Below are positions 50,825 to 60,416 of a DNA stretch of 64,000 nucleotides, in pieces. Source of the DNA: an uncultured delta proteobacterium (GTDB lineage: Bacteria > Myxococcota_A > UBA9160 > SMWR01); NCBI GenBank assembly GCA_963832165.1, contig CAWHTE010000011.1, forward strand, positions 160,001 to 224,000, in the 5' to 3' direction. How positions within the stretch are numbered: the stretch's first letter is position 1; each line of letters begins with the position of its first letter. Below the pieces are notes generated by a model. The model searched no databases, was not told where the DNA came from, and worked only from the letters and a program-made list of their open reading frames with translations. Position numbers and translations under genes: made by a program.

Positions 50825-51147
50825 TGATCCATCTCGACCGCATCGAGGAGCTCTCCCAGACCGACCTCGCCGCGCGGCTCGGCATGCGCAAGGCCGCCGC
50901 GGGCACGCTGATCGAAGGACTCGAGGGCAAGGGGCTCGTCGAGCGCTCGCGCGGGCGCGACGACCGAAGGCTCCAGCTCGTCTCGATCACCGACGCCGGG
51001 CGGCGCGTCGTCGACGAAGTCGATCACATGGCCGAGGAGCTCGGCATCCGATACCGCGCGGGCGTCTCCCGCGAGGAACGCGCGCAGCTGATCTCGATCC
51101 TCCAGCGCCTGCGCCACAACCTGCGCGCGATGGAGCGGGCGGGCTGA
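50812..51147 (+). pseudogene. MarR family regulator, N-terminally truncated
   Basis: SQTDLA..LG, LEGKGLVER, DRR, ITDAG; begins mid-domain, head-to-head with the amidohydrolase. Confidence 0.7.
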
Positions 51148-51181
51148 AGCGGTCATGTTCCGAAAGCAAGGAGAGCCACCG

Positions 51182-52480
51182 ATGAGCGATCGCGACGAGT
51201 TCAACCGGGCGGTTTCGGAGGCGCGCGAGTACAACCCGTTCAAGGGCGAGTTCCTCGAGCACGAGCACGAGACCTACGACCTGCTGCGCAAGCACCTGCC
51301 GGTCGCGCGCGGCGAGTCGATGGCCGGCGAGCTCATGGGCGGCCACCGCTCGGGCTGGGTGCTCACGCGCTACGCCGATGCGGCGGAGATCCTGCGCAAC
51401 ACGGACGACTTCTCGAGCCAGACGATGAGCTATCCCGTGCGCCCGTGGATCCCGCAGGCCGTCGATCCCCCGATCCACACGGCCTACCGCCGGATCCTGA
51501 ATCCGTGGTTCACGATGGAGGCGATGTCCAAGCTCGAGCCGCACCTGGTCCAGTACGCCGAAGAGCTCGTCGACCGCATGCTCCGCAAGGACGCGTTCGA
51601 CTTCGTCGCCGAGTTCGCCGACCCGTTTCCGACCGTGATCTTCTGCGAGCTGGCCGGCTTTCCCGCGTCCGACTACTCCCAGATCATGGATTGGAAGAAC
51701 ACGATCATGCACGCGAGCGATGGGCATGTGCGCGGTCGGGAGCTCACGCGGACCCACGCACGCGAGCTCGGGCTCGATCTGGGAGAGGGCGAGGATCTCC
51801 CGGCTGCCACGGCCCTCGCAGTGCGCGCGAAGTCGGCCCAGGAGGTCTACGCCTACATGGCGCGCCTGCTCGACGAGCGCCGCGCCGAGCCAAAGGACGA
51901 TCTCGTCAGCAAGCTGCTCGCCGCGAAGGTCGACGGGGAGCGCGCTCTCACGCAGGAGGAGCTCGAGGACACGCTCTTCCTGCTGTTCATGGCCGGGCTC
52001 GATACCGTGGCGTCGTCGCTCGGGCTGATCGTCGAGGGGCTCGCGCGTGACGACGCGAAGCGGCGCGAGTTCGTCGCGCTCATGGAGGATCCGCACAAGC
52101 TCAACTTCGCGGTCGAGGAGCTGCTGCGCATCCACTCGTTCGTGCTGCTCCCGCGCCGCTTGACCCGCGAGCTCTCGTTCCACGGCGCGCTGTTCCGCGC
52201 CGAGGATTCCGTGCTCGTACCGACCCAGGCCGCCAATCGCGACGGCGCGGAGTTCCCGCGCCCGCACGAGCTCGACTACGGGCGCTCACCGAACCGACAC
52301 CTGGCCTTCGGGCTCGGTCCCCACCGGTGCCTGGGCATCCATCTCGCGCGCCGCGAGCTGCGGATCGGGCTCCAGGTGTTCCACCGCCGGCTGCCGGACT
52401 ATCGCCTGGACCCCTCCCGCCGCGCCGTCGCGTTCGGTGGGATGAAGGGCCTCGCGTCGCTGCCGCTCGTCAAGGCCTGA
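51182..52480 (+). CDS. Cytochrome P450
   Basis: DPPIHTAYRR, AGLDTV, EELLR, FGLGPHRCLG; alternative ATG at 51155. Confidence 0.95.
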   Translation: MSDRDEFNRAVSEAREYNPFKGEFLEHEHETYDLLRKHLPVARGESMAGELMGGHRSGWVLTRYADAAEILRNTDDFSSQTMSYPVRPWIPQAVDPPIHTAYRRILNPWFTMEAMSKLEPHLVQYAEELVDRMLRKDAFDFVAEFADPFPTVIFCELAGFPASDYSQIMDWKNTIMHASDGHVRGRELTRTHARELGLDLGEGEDLPAATALAVRAKSAQEVYAYMARLLDERRAEPKDDLVSKLLAAKVDGERALTQEELEDTLFLLFMAGLDTVASSLGLIVEGLARDDAKRREFVALMEDPHKLNFAVEELLRIHSFVLLPRRLTRELSFHGALFRAEDSVLVPTQAANRDGAEFPRPHELDYGRSPNRHLAFGLGPHRCLGIHLARRELRIGLQVFHRRLPDYRLDPSRRAVAFGGMKGLASLPLVKA

Positions 52481-52545
52481 CTTGGGGGTTTGGCTCGTAC
52501 TCCTGCACCCGTCGTGTTAGGGTGGGGAGGGGGCTGGAGTCATCG

Positions 52546-53130
52546 ATGCGTCTTCACTCATCGCTGTTAGCGCTCGCTCTGCTGCTCCTGGGTCCGGCGT
52601 CCGCGCGAGCTGCGTTCCACTTGTGGGACATCACCGAGGTGTATTCGAACGCAGACGGGTCTGTCCAGTTCGTCGAGTTCTTTACCAATGCGGACTTCGA
52701 GGAACAGCTCGTGAACCACGTCCTCGCGTCCGCTGCCAACAACCCTGACTTCACCTTCCCAGGCAACCTCCCGACCCACCTGACCGCGAACCGCTTCTTC
52801 CTGGTCGCCACCCCTGGGTACTCCGCGCTGTGCCCGGGCGCCCTCCCGGACTACACGTTCCCCGCGGCCAACTTTCACAGTGTCACGGGGCCGGAGATTC
52901 TCGACTTCGCCTCGGTGGATTCGTTCCCCTACGCGGCTGCTGAGCTCCCCACCGATGGCGTTCGCTCGCTCAACGAGCCCTTCGGGAGCAACGTTCGGAC
53001 GACAGCGGTCAACTCTCCCACGAACTTCGCGGGCCAGACCTGTCTGCCGGAGCCGTCGGCATTCCTCGCGCAGATCGCGGGCGTCGTGGGCCTCGCGGGT
53101 CTCGGTCGCTGGCGCAGGCGTCGGCGCTAG
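52546..53130 (+). CDS. PEP-CTERM-type sorted surface protein
   Basis: Signal peptide, FHLWDITEVYSNADGSVQFVE, C-terminal LPEP-TM-RWRRRR. Confidence 0.82.
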   Translation: MRLHSSLLALALLLLGPASARAAFHLWDITEVYSNADGSVQFVEFFTNADFEEQLVNHVLASAANNPDFTFPGNLPTHLTANRFFLVATPGYSALCPGALPDYTFPAANFHSVTGPEILDFASVDSFPYAAAELPTDGVRSLNEPFGSNVRTTAVNSPTNFAGQTCLPEPSAFLAQIAGVVGLAGLGRWRRRRR

Positions 53131-53143
53131 TCGCGGCCAGAGA

Positions 53144-55525
53144 TCACAAGTCGATCTCCACGCTTCCGCCGAGCCAGTGCGCGGCGAAATCGCCGTCGAC
53201 GTGGCCGAGGTAGATCGCGTGGCCGATGCGCGGGACCAGGCCGGCCTGGTGGAAGTTCGCGATCGTCGAATGCCAATAGCGATACGCGAAGCGCAGGGCC
53301 ACCCAGTCGGTCACCTGGAAGCGAGCACTCGTGTCCAGGATGTGGTCGGTGTTGCGCAAGGTCGGAAAGCGGGCCCCCGCGTCCGCGGCGGTCGTGCCCG
53401 GAGCCAGCGCAGAAGCGCTCGCGAAACCGTAGGAGAGCCGCTCCTCGGCGACGAGCAGCTGGTATTGCAAGCGCAGCTCGAGGCGCTCGACCGGGCGCGC
53501 GGTGAAGCCCGCACCCGCGGCGACGCTCTCGGCACGGGTGCGCGCGTCCCAGGCGCGGTCGAAGGGAAAGACGGGGCCACCTGGCTCGAACTGGGTTCCG
53601 GTGGAAGACGCCGGGTAGATCGTGTCGAGCGCGCGCTTTCGTCGCTCCAGGCTCCCGAACACGAACGCATCGAATTGCGGAGCGGGTTGTATGGAGAGCT
53701 CCGCATTCGCATCCCAGGCGCGTGAGCGCCGGAGTCCGTAGCGTGCATCGTAGTCGTCGTCCTTCACTCCGCCGTTGAACGCGAGGTCGGCGATCTCCGC
53801 GATCCCGAAGCTGACGCGCGCTTGGCCGTCGTGCCTCACGCGGTCGCTCAAGTCGAACTGCTCGAAGCCCAGCAGGCTTCGCTGTGGCGATCCCAGGAAC
53901 GGCGCCGCAAAGCCCGGCGGACCCGTCGAGTAGAACTCCGCGTCGCGATCGGGCCGGTAGGAAGAGCCGCCGCGATCGCTCAACTCGTACGCAAGGCGCA
54001 CCCTCGTGCGCGGGATGCCGCGCGTCGACACGCTGATGCGGCCGCGATCGTCGCGCGTTTCGGCGCGCGCGCGCTGATCCCGCTCCACCTGCTCGCGCTC
54101 GTATTCGATGGTGAGTCGGGATCGGACGGGCAGACGCCAGGTGGTGTCGGCCCCGAAGATCACGCGATCGGCATCGTACGGCACCGCGGCATAGCGCGGC
54201 TGGATCCCGAAGCTGCCGTCCTCGGCGATGTAGCCGTACCCGCCCGTGGACGGGTTGAACGCGACGTAGTCGGTCTCGCTCTTGCGCTGCTCGAGCCGGA
54301 ACTTCCCGCCCACGTTCCAGAAGCGCAGCGGCACGAGCTTCAACGTCGAGGTGACCACCATCGTGTCGACGGATGCGTCGGCGCGGCTCCGCGAGAGCGA
54401 GGTCGCCGGGTTGGTCCAGGCTGCGAACGTGGGATTGATGGTCGGCGCCAGGAGCCGCTCGTCCTGCCGCCCCTGTGCCATGGAGAACGTGTTCGTCCAG
54501 CGACCGCGCCACGGAAGTGCGAAGCCGCCCGTGGCGTGAATCCGGTGGAGGGCGTTGTCAGGCGTCAGCGCAAAGCGCCCGCGGTCGACGCCCGAGTCCG
54601 AAAATGGATTCTCCCAGGTAAGCGACTCCACGCGGTTCTCGAAGAACGACCCGTCGTAACCGACGTCGATCTGGATGTGCGGATCGCTCACGGCGATCGC
54701 GCCGTGCACGTCGTGGGTGCGTGAGTCGAGTGGCTCGAGCGTCTCGATCACGCTGCCGATGGTCGGTGCCTGGAACGCGAAGCGGATCGCGCCGCCGAAC
54801 GGCCGCTCGCCGCTGCGATCTTCCACGCGGTAGCCCGCGTTGACCGACAGCGCGTCGGACGCCGCAAACGCGAGCTCCACGCCGCCTTTCTCGCGCGTGA
54901 ACGCGACGCGACTCTCCGGCCGCGCTGCGATCGCGGCGTCGATCGCCGCGTCGGAGCTCCCTCCCGCGACGAGACCGGCCGGAAGCGTCAGGCTCTCGCT
55001 GCCGGCGCCGTCGAACAGCACGCGCGCATCGTTCGCGTAGCGGTGGGGCAGCTTGTCGTAGCTGCCGCGCACGCGCAGACGGCCGCGCTGGCCGAAGTCG
55101 AGAAAAGCGGACGCATCGTCGCGCCCGAGCGCATTCGCTCCGAGCTCGACGTAGAAGCCGCTCGGCGCGTTGCGCGCTTCGAGGCGCAGTGCATCGACGA
55201 TCCCATCGCGGTAGTCCGAGTACCGCTCGAGGTAGGCCTCGTCGTCGCCGCCGGACGACTCCATCCAGCCCACCTCGCCGAATCCGCCCACGATCCAGCC
55301 GTCTCCGAGGCCGAGCCGTTCGGGCGGCGCATAGGGGTAGGGGTAGAGGAAGCCCTCGGGCGACCGCTGGCGCGTGTTGCGCAGGAAGGAGAGCCCGGCC
55401 GGATCCACGTGGCGCGACCGGGTGAACGTGAACTCCTCCGCCTGGTTCGGGCCCGCTGTGACCGGCGCCGCCATGCCCAACGCCAGGAGCGCCGAGGCAG
55501 ACCATCGCCGGCCACGCGAGATCAC
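53144..55525 (-). CDS. mtrB: MtrB/PioB family outer-membrane beta-barrel
   Basis: About 793 aa, signal peptide, amphipathic strands, YSDYRDG, LTPDN, GTGA-coupled to the decaheme gene. Confidence 0.85.
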   Translation of the reverse strand: MISRGRRWSASALLALGMAAPVTAGPNQAEEFTFTRSRHVDPAGLSFLRNTRQRSPEGFLYPYPYAPPERLGLGDGWIVGGFGEVGWMESSGGDDEAYLERYSDYRDGIVDALRLEARNAPSGFYVELGANALGRDDASAFLDFGQRGRLRVRGSYDKLPHRYANDARVLFDGAGSESLTLPAGLVAGGSSDAAIDAAIAARPESRVAFTREKGGVELAFAASDALSVNAGYRVEDRSGERPFGGAIRFAFQAPTIGSVIETLEPLDSRTHDVHGAIAVSDPHIQIDVGYDGSFFENRVESLTWENPFSDSGVDRGRFALTPDNALHRIHATGGFALPWRGRWTNTFSMAQGRQDERLLAPTINPTFAAWTNPATSLSRSRADASVDTMVVTSTLKLVPLRFWNVGGKFRLEQRKSETDYVAFNPSTGGYGYIAEDGSFGIQPRYAAVPYDADRVIFGADTTWRLPVRSRLTIEYEREQVERDQRARAETRDDRGRISVSTRGIPRTRVRLAYELSDRGGSSYRPDRDAEFYSTGPPGFAAPFLGSPQRSLLGFEQFDLSDRVRHDGQARVSFGIAEIADLAFNGGVKDDDYDARYGLRRSRAWDANAELSIQPAPQFDAFVFGSLERRKRALDTIYPASSTGTQFEPGGPVFPFDRAWDARTRAESVAAGAGFTARPVERLELRLQYQLLVAEERLSYGFASASALAPGTTAADAGARFPTLRNTDHILDTSARFQVTDWVALRFAYRYWHSTIANFHQAGLVPRIGHAIYLGHVDGDFAAHWLGGSVEIDL

Positions 55526-56487
55526 CGGTGGAACCTCGCTCCCGAAGGATGGTTCGAGCCGTGGATCTGCGCGTGACAGTTGACACAGCCGCGGTTCACG
55601 ACCCGCTCGTCCGGAAGAGGTCCGTTGGCGAGATTCGCGCGCGTCTGGAGCGCGCCCGGATGATTGGACACCCCGAGCTGCGCGTGGCACTCCTGACACA
55701 GGAATGGCGGCGACGTGGTGAGCAGGGAGTCGCGATTCGAGCCGTGGGGCAGATGGCAGTTGAGGCAGCTCTCGGTGACGGGGGCGTGCTCCCATAGGAA
55801 GGGGCCGCGCTTCTCCTGGTGGCAGGTCGTGCACAGCTGATTGACCGAGTCCGCGCGCAGTAGCGGATCCGTGACGGAGCCGTGGGGCTCGTGGCAGTCG
55901 GTACACGAGATCTTCCCCTCCAGCAGCGGCATGTGCGACCGCTTGCGGAACTCGGCGCGCTGGGCTTGATGACAGGCGAAGCAGGTCTGGTTGACGGTCG
56001 GCATCCGCAACAGACCGCGGGCCGACGTGCGCGTCATCGGATTGTGACAGTCGCTGCACGCGAGGCCCTCGGCGTCGTGCGTCGAGCCGAGCCAGTGGAC
56101 CCGTCCTCCGGAGGAGTGGCACTCGAGGCACGTGTCATTCATCACTTCGACGGCGGCTCCCGAGCCGCGCGTGAACGCGAGCAGCTCGCCGGGCTTGCCG
56201 CCGCTCGCGACGTGGCGCGAGCCGGGTCCGTGACAGGTCTCGCAGCCGCGCGAACCGGGCTCTCCCTCCACCGCGCGGCCGAACACGTCCGCGTGCACCG
56301 TGTCGCGAAAATGCTTGGTCTCCTGGGCGTGGCAGCCCAGACAGATCGCCTCGCCGACGTACGTCGCCGGAGGCGCCGCATCGTCCGCGCGCGCGCTCGG
56401 ATCCTCGGGCGAGGCGCATCCCAAGATGAGCCAGCCCAGCACGACGAGCGCCCAATGCGGTCCGAGAAGTCGGTGGCCGTCCCGCAC
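55522..56487 (-). CDS. mtrA: MtrA/DmsE family decaheme c-type cytochrome, possible lipoprotein
   Basis: Ten CxxCH motifs counted; EKRGPFLWEHAPV, IHGSNHPSG; LILGC lipobox-like. Confidence 0.93.
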   Translation of the reverse strand: MRDGHRLLGPHWALVVLGWLILGCASPEDPSARADDAAPPATYVGEAICLGCHAQETKHFRDTVHADVFGRAVEGEPGSRGCETCHGPGSRHVASGGKPGELLAFTRGSGAAVEVMNDTCLECHSSGGRVHWLGSTHDAEGLACSDCHNPMTRTSARGLLRMPTVNQTCFACHQAQRAEFRKRSHMPLLEGKISCTDCHEPHGSVTDPLLRADSVNQLCTTCHQEKRGPFLWEHAPVTESCLNCHLPHGSNRDSLLTTSPPFLCQECHAQLGVSNHPGALQTRANLANGPLPDERVVNRGCVNCHAQIHGSNHPSGARFHR

Positions 56488-56510
56488 GGGCAGATCATAA
56501 ACCCATGAAG

Positions 56511-58269
56511 TTAGGCGTGCATCCTCACCTCCCCGGAGCGGTAGACCGCGAGCGGCGGGCCATCCGCGCGCAGCCCCAGATCGAAGCGCAGCCCGTCTGG
56601 CGCCACGCCGGTGCAGCGCAGCAGCGCGCGTGCACGCTGCGCAGGTGGTGCCACGCGCACAGCGTGGTCAGGTTGGACGGGTCCCCGCCGCCGCCGAGGA
56701 GCGAAACACCACGTGATGCTGCTGGAGGTTGCGGTACGTCGTGCAGCCCGGCACGGTGCAGCGCCATCCGTCGCGCTCGAACACCGCGTGCTCGCGGCGC
56801 GTGCGCTTCTCGGGCTGCCACGCGGCCAGCGCGTGGTCGAGCATCGCCTCGAGCGCGTCACTGCGCCTGCAGGGGCGACCGCGGATGCGCTCGAGCCGGC
56901 GCTGCACAGAGGCGAGCACCGCGCGGAACAGCTGCGCGACCTCGGGAGCGGCGCGGAAGAAGAGGCGCTCGCTTTCTTTTTCGAAGCGTGTGATGGCACC
57001 CGTTTGGAGACCCGCGGGATCGGCGTCGGGGTCGATCTCCTGCGCGCTCGGCTCGAGCGGCGGCGGCGCGAAGTCTCCGAGCGCCAGAGCCCGCTCCACA
57101 TCGTCGCCGAGCCGGCGCACGGTCACGCGCTGCGCGTGCGCCACCCAGCCTTCGCGGTGGCGCGCCGCCGCGGGCTCCAGCAAGAGGGGCACGAGCGCAT
57201 GGGCCTGCACCCAGGAGAGGCGACCCTCGGTGAACGCCTCGCGCAGCGGAGGGCACACCTGCGCGGCGCGCTCGATGCGCAGCAGCGCCCGCGCGTGGCT
57301 CGCCGCCATACCCAGCCGCTCCTCGGCGTAACTATCGACGCTGCGGAAGCCGAGATCACGGTGCAGGCCCCACGTCACGACGGCGTCCAGCAGAGAGGCA
57401 ATCCGCGCGAGGCCGCGCGCTTCCCATTGCACGGCCAGACGCAACCGTCGATCGAGCTCGAAGGCATCCGCAGATTCGAGGTCGCGCTCGAGCGCGGAGA
57501 CGTCGGCATCGAGCGGAACGGAAGCCATCGACGGACGCCGCCGCTGGGGGCTCGGCGACGGCCCGCCGCTGTCCGTCGATTCTCCACGCTCTTCGTCGCA
57601 CTCGGCCAGCGGCTCCGGATCGCAGACACCGTCGAGCGGGATTCCCGAGAACACCTCCGCCGCGAGCACCTCGGCAAACGCGCCGTGCGAGAGCGCGTGC
57701 CCGGCGACTCGATTCGCTACCCGGCGCGCGCTCCACCAGCGCGCACGCGCACGCGGCGAGACGCGCAGCACGACGCCCACGCGCGCTTCGTCGTCGCTGT
57801 CGGCGTCCAGCGGGATCGGCTCGCGCGCGCGCCGATCCACCGCGCGTACCTCGCGGGCGAGCGCGCGGGCGGAAAGCCGAGCCGCCACGGTGAGCCACTC
57901 CAGCTGGTTCTCCGGCGTCGCTACCCGGCACAAGAGGCGCAGCTGCGTCCAGCTGATCTCGCCCGCGCGAAACGCCGCGTCGAGCGCAGGTAGGTCCTCC
58001 AGTACTCGATCCACCGCCGCGAGATCGCGCAGCTCGCGCCCCGAGATCCCGGCTCGCTCCACCGCGTAGTCGGCGAGCCGCGCGAAGCCGAGCCGCTCCC
58101 AGGCGCGCATGGCCACCATCCGTCCCGCGATCCGCGCGAGCGCACGCCGCAGCGCGAGGGGCGCATGCACGAGTGCGACCAGGCGCGACTCGAGGTCGAG
58201 CGGAGCGTTCACATGCGCCACACGTCGCACGCCAGGCCGCGGCGCGACCATCGGGGATACAGCCGACAT
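56511..58269 (-). CDS. DUF222-like protein with C-terminal HNH endonuclease; frameshifts near the 3' end
   Basis: VFERDGWRCTVPGC...HHVVFRS, then NLTTLCAWHH and APDGLRFDLG in shifted frames; duplicated helical segment (AFRAGEISW / AFTEGRLSW). Confidence 0.75.
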
Positions 58270-58299
58270 CCCAGACCTCGCTTTCGGGGCGACGCCTCG

Positions 58300-58337
58300 A
58301 AGCTAGGTCGCGGGTGTGACGGATGCGGTCACACGCG
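58300..58337 (-). promoter_or_regulatory. GTGTGAC-N7-GTCACAC palindrome with -10 box TAGCTT, upstream of the HNH gene
   Basis: Perfect 7-bp arms at 58314-58334; TAGCTT 8 nt downstream on the minus strand. Confidence 0.65.
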
Positions 58338-58391
58338 TCGAGCAGATCGCGCTCGCGCACGAACCCACGAGTGACTCGCGGAGGCACCTCG

Positions 58392-58706
58392 CGCTTGATC
58401 GCAGCGATCGAGGACCGGCGATTGCGCGGCGCATCCTCGAATGCATCGGGCTTCCCGCGCGAGCGCCGCCGCTCGCCCCCGCCGCATCGAGCGATACTTC
58501 ACTTCGGTCATCGGAGACCGACGAGAGCTGGGATTACGAAGACGCCGTTCGCCGAGGATCCGTGATCGGAGCGACGGAGTCGGAGCCACGGCGCGATGAT
58601 CGCCCCGAGAGGGAGACGTGTGCGCCCGAAGCACGCTCGGCTCCCCATCGCGCCCGCCCTCGTGGCTGTCGAGCGACTCACTGAAGGCGGCGCAGCTTGA
58701 AATCAC
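58392..58706 (+). mobile_element. Remnant of an IS91-like transposase C-terminus and downstream end
   Basis: RLIAAIED/AIARRILECIGLPARAPPLAPA across a 1-nt shift; resembles C-termini of IS91-like transposases (pattern recall, unverified). Confidence 0.45.
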
Positions 58707-58709
58707 CCG

Positions 58710-59045
58710 CCACGGGGCATTTGACGTAACGATGCTTCTCGGACCTCCCGAGAATCCAGCTTGTTTGCCCTATGCCCGCATGCGTAGATCGGATCTTTGT
58801 GGCGCTGCGTGATCACCGTCGTGGCCGCGCCTTTGAATAGGCTCTTCAGCACGTGGTTGAATTGCCTCGAGAGCCCTCGCTTTTGCGGGACCCGAGCTCG
58901 AATCCATTGGCCTTCGGCGCGCACCCAGTCCGAGCTCGACCGCGCCACGATCCCCAGACCGCAGTAGCTCCAGGATTGCCGCTTCGTTTGGAACGGATGC
59001 GGCGTCACGACGATCGGAACCAGCCGGGCGCTTCGGATCGGCTCG
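58710..59045 (-). mobile_element. IS110-family transposase fragment
   Basis: VVTPHPFQTKRQSWSYCGLGIVARSSS...FNHVLKSLFKGAA resembles the IS110 C-terminal domain; no intact ORF. Confidence 0.6.
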
Positions 59046-59260
59046 AAGCCGGGCGGCGGTCTCCAAGAGCGGGACGATCGGGTGCTGGCGAGCCTCTCGG
59101 ATCGCTCTCCGCTCGCTCCTTCTGCTCGATCAGAAAGTCGAGGTGCTCGTAGAGCCGCGTCGCTCTCGATTGGGCGACGGATCCCAGCTGCTTCTGCCAC
59201 TGCTCTCGGTGGCGCGGGCTGTAGACATCCGAGCCCGGAGTGGGAATTCATCGAAACCGT

Positions 59261-59470
59261 ATGCGGGCCGAACAGCAGCCGCTCACGCCCCGCGAGATCG
59301 AGGTTCTTAGGTGGGTGGCGCGCGGCAAGTCGGCCTGGGATGTCAGTGCGATTCTGGGCATCACCAAGCGAACCGTGGAAGAGCACGTGCACAACGCGAT
59401 GGGAAAGCTCGGCGCTTCGAACCGCACCGAGGCAGTGGTGATCGCCATCCGGCGACCGGATCATCAGCGC
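59261..59470 (+). pseudogene. LuxR-type HTH domain only (truncated or stand-alone)
   Basis: LTPREIEVLRWVARGKSAWDVSAILGITKRTVEEHVHNAMGKLGASNRTEAV; ORF runs on to 59653 with unrelated sequence. Confidence 0.7.
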
Positions 59471-59557
59471 GGGCGACTCGGAATAGTCCACTCAGGCGGT
59501 GCGCCGCCCCACCCGCTGTGCATGCGAGCAGCGCGGGGGCTTTGTAACGCGCGCGCC

Positions 59558-60051
59558 CTACCGAGAAATCTTCCGCTGTACGAGCAGGCCCACCAGACCG
59601 AGGCCGAGCAGCGCCGCAGTCGTCGGATCCGGAACCGGGAGGCCTGCAAGTAGGCGTCCGAGTGAGACACGAAGACGTCGCCGCTGACCAGCCCCAGGCC
59701 GAGGATCGCGTTGATGAACTGGATATGGATCGCGTTCACGATCAACTTGCAGCTCGCGACTGCCCCGGCGCAGCTCGCAGCAGGAATGCCATCTGCCAGA
59801 TAGCTCTGCTCGTTGGCGGTGACGGTCATTCCACCGAGGTTGAGGAGAACGGTGTTGGCGGCCGGGGACCGGCGTTCCGTTCACCAACGATCCACTGGTT
59901 GCTGCGGACTCGACACCGCGAGCGCGCCGGTCAGCGAGACGGATTCGCCATAACCCGTGCTGTTCCCGGCGCTCGGCAGTGCGCGCGCAATGCTGGATGA
60001 CCCGACCAGCATCCCGACCATCGAAAAGACGGCTAGCACCTTGCTCATCAT
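59558..60051 (-). pseudogene. PEP-CTERM-type surface protein, frameshifted and probably internally deleted
   Basis: Signal peptide MMSKVLAVFSMVGMLVGSSSIARA; middle NEQSY...IVNAIHIQF...DVFVSHSDA; end VPDPTTAALLGLGLVGLLVQRK, spread over different frames. Confidence 0.65.
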
Positions 60052-60104
60052 CAACCTCCGCTTCACGCAGTTTCACAGTGCTTGTCCACCCGTAGCCGCG
60101 CGAG

Positions 60105-60338
60105 CTAGCGATTGCGTCGCACTGCCGTGCTCGCGATCGCCAAACCCAGTCCGAACACGAGCATCGCGCTGGATTCAGGAATCGGCTGCGGGAACTCGTT
60201 GCGATCTTCGTTAGTCGACGCGACGACGATCGCCGGCGACGTGGCCGGCGCATTGCCGTGGCTCGCGCCACCGCCGCAATCTGCACCCAGACTCGAAAGA
60301 ACCATGAGCAGAATCAACAACAGGCGCATCCGCAACAT
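60105..60338 (-). CDS. Minimal PEP-CTERM-like small protein (77 aa)
   Basis: Hydrophobic signal ending LGADC, ~30-aa spacer, IPESSAMLVFGLGLAIASTAVRRNR. Confidence 0.6.
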   Translation of the reverse strand: MLRMRLLLILLMVLSSLGADCGGGASHGNAPATSPAIVVASTNEDRNEFPQPIPESSAMLVFGLGLAIASTAVRRNR

Positions 60339-60416
60339 GATCTGCGGCTCCCGGTCCTCTTCCTCGTAAGAATCCGGCTTGCACTAGCTTATGCTCTATG
60401 GTCAGATCGCCCGCTT

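Noticed and set aside
56511..58269. HNH protein as IscB/Cas9-like or intron-encoded nuclease
   Set aside because: No RuvC or reverse-transcriptase motifs and no evident associated RNA array.
58710..59045. Functional IS110 with bridge RNA
   Set aside because: Only a decayed C-terminal fragment; the N-terminal DEDD domain is absent.
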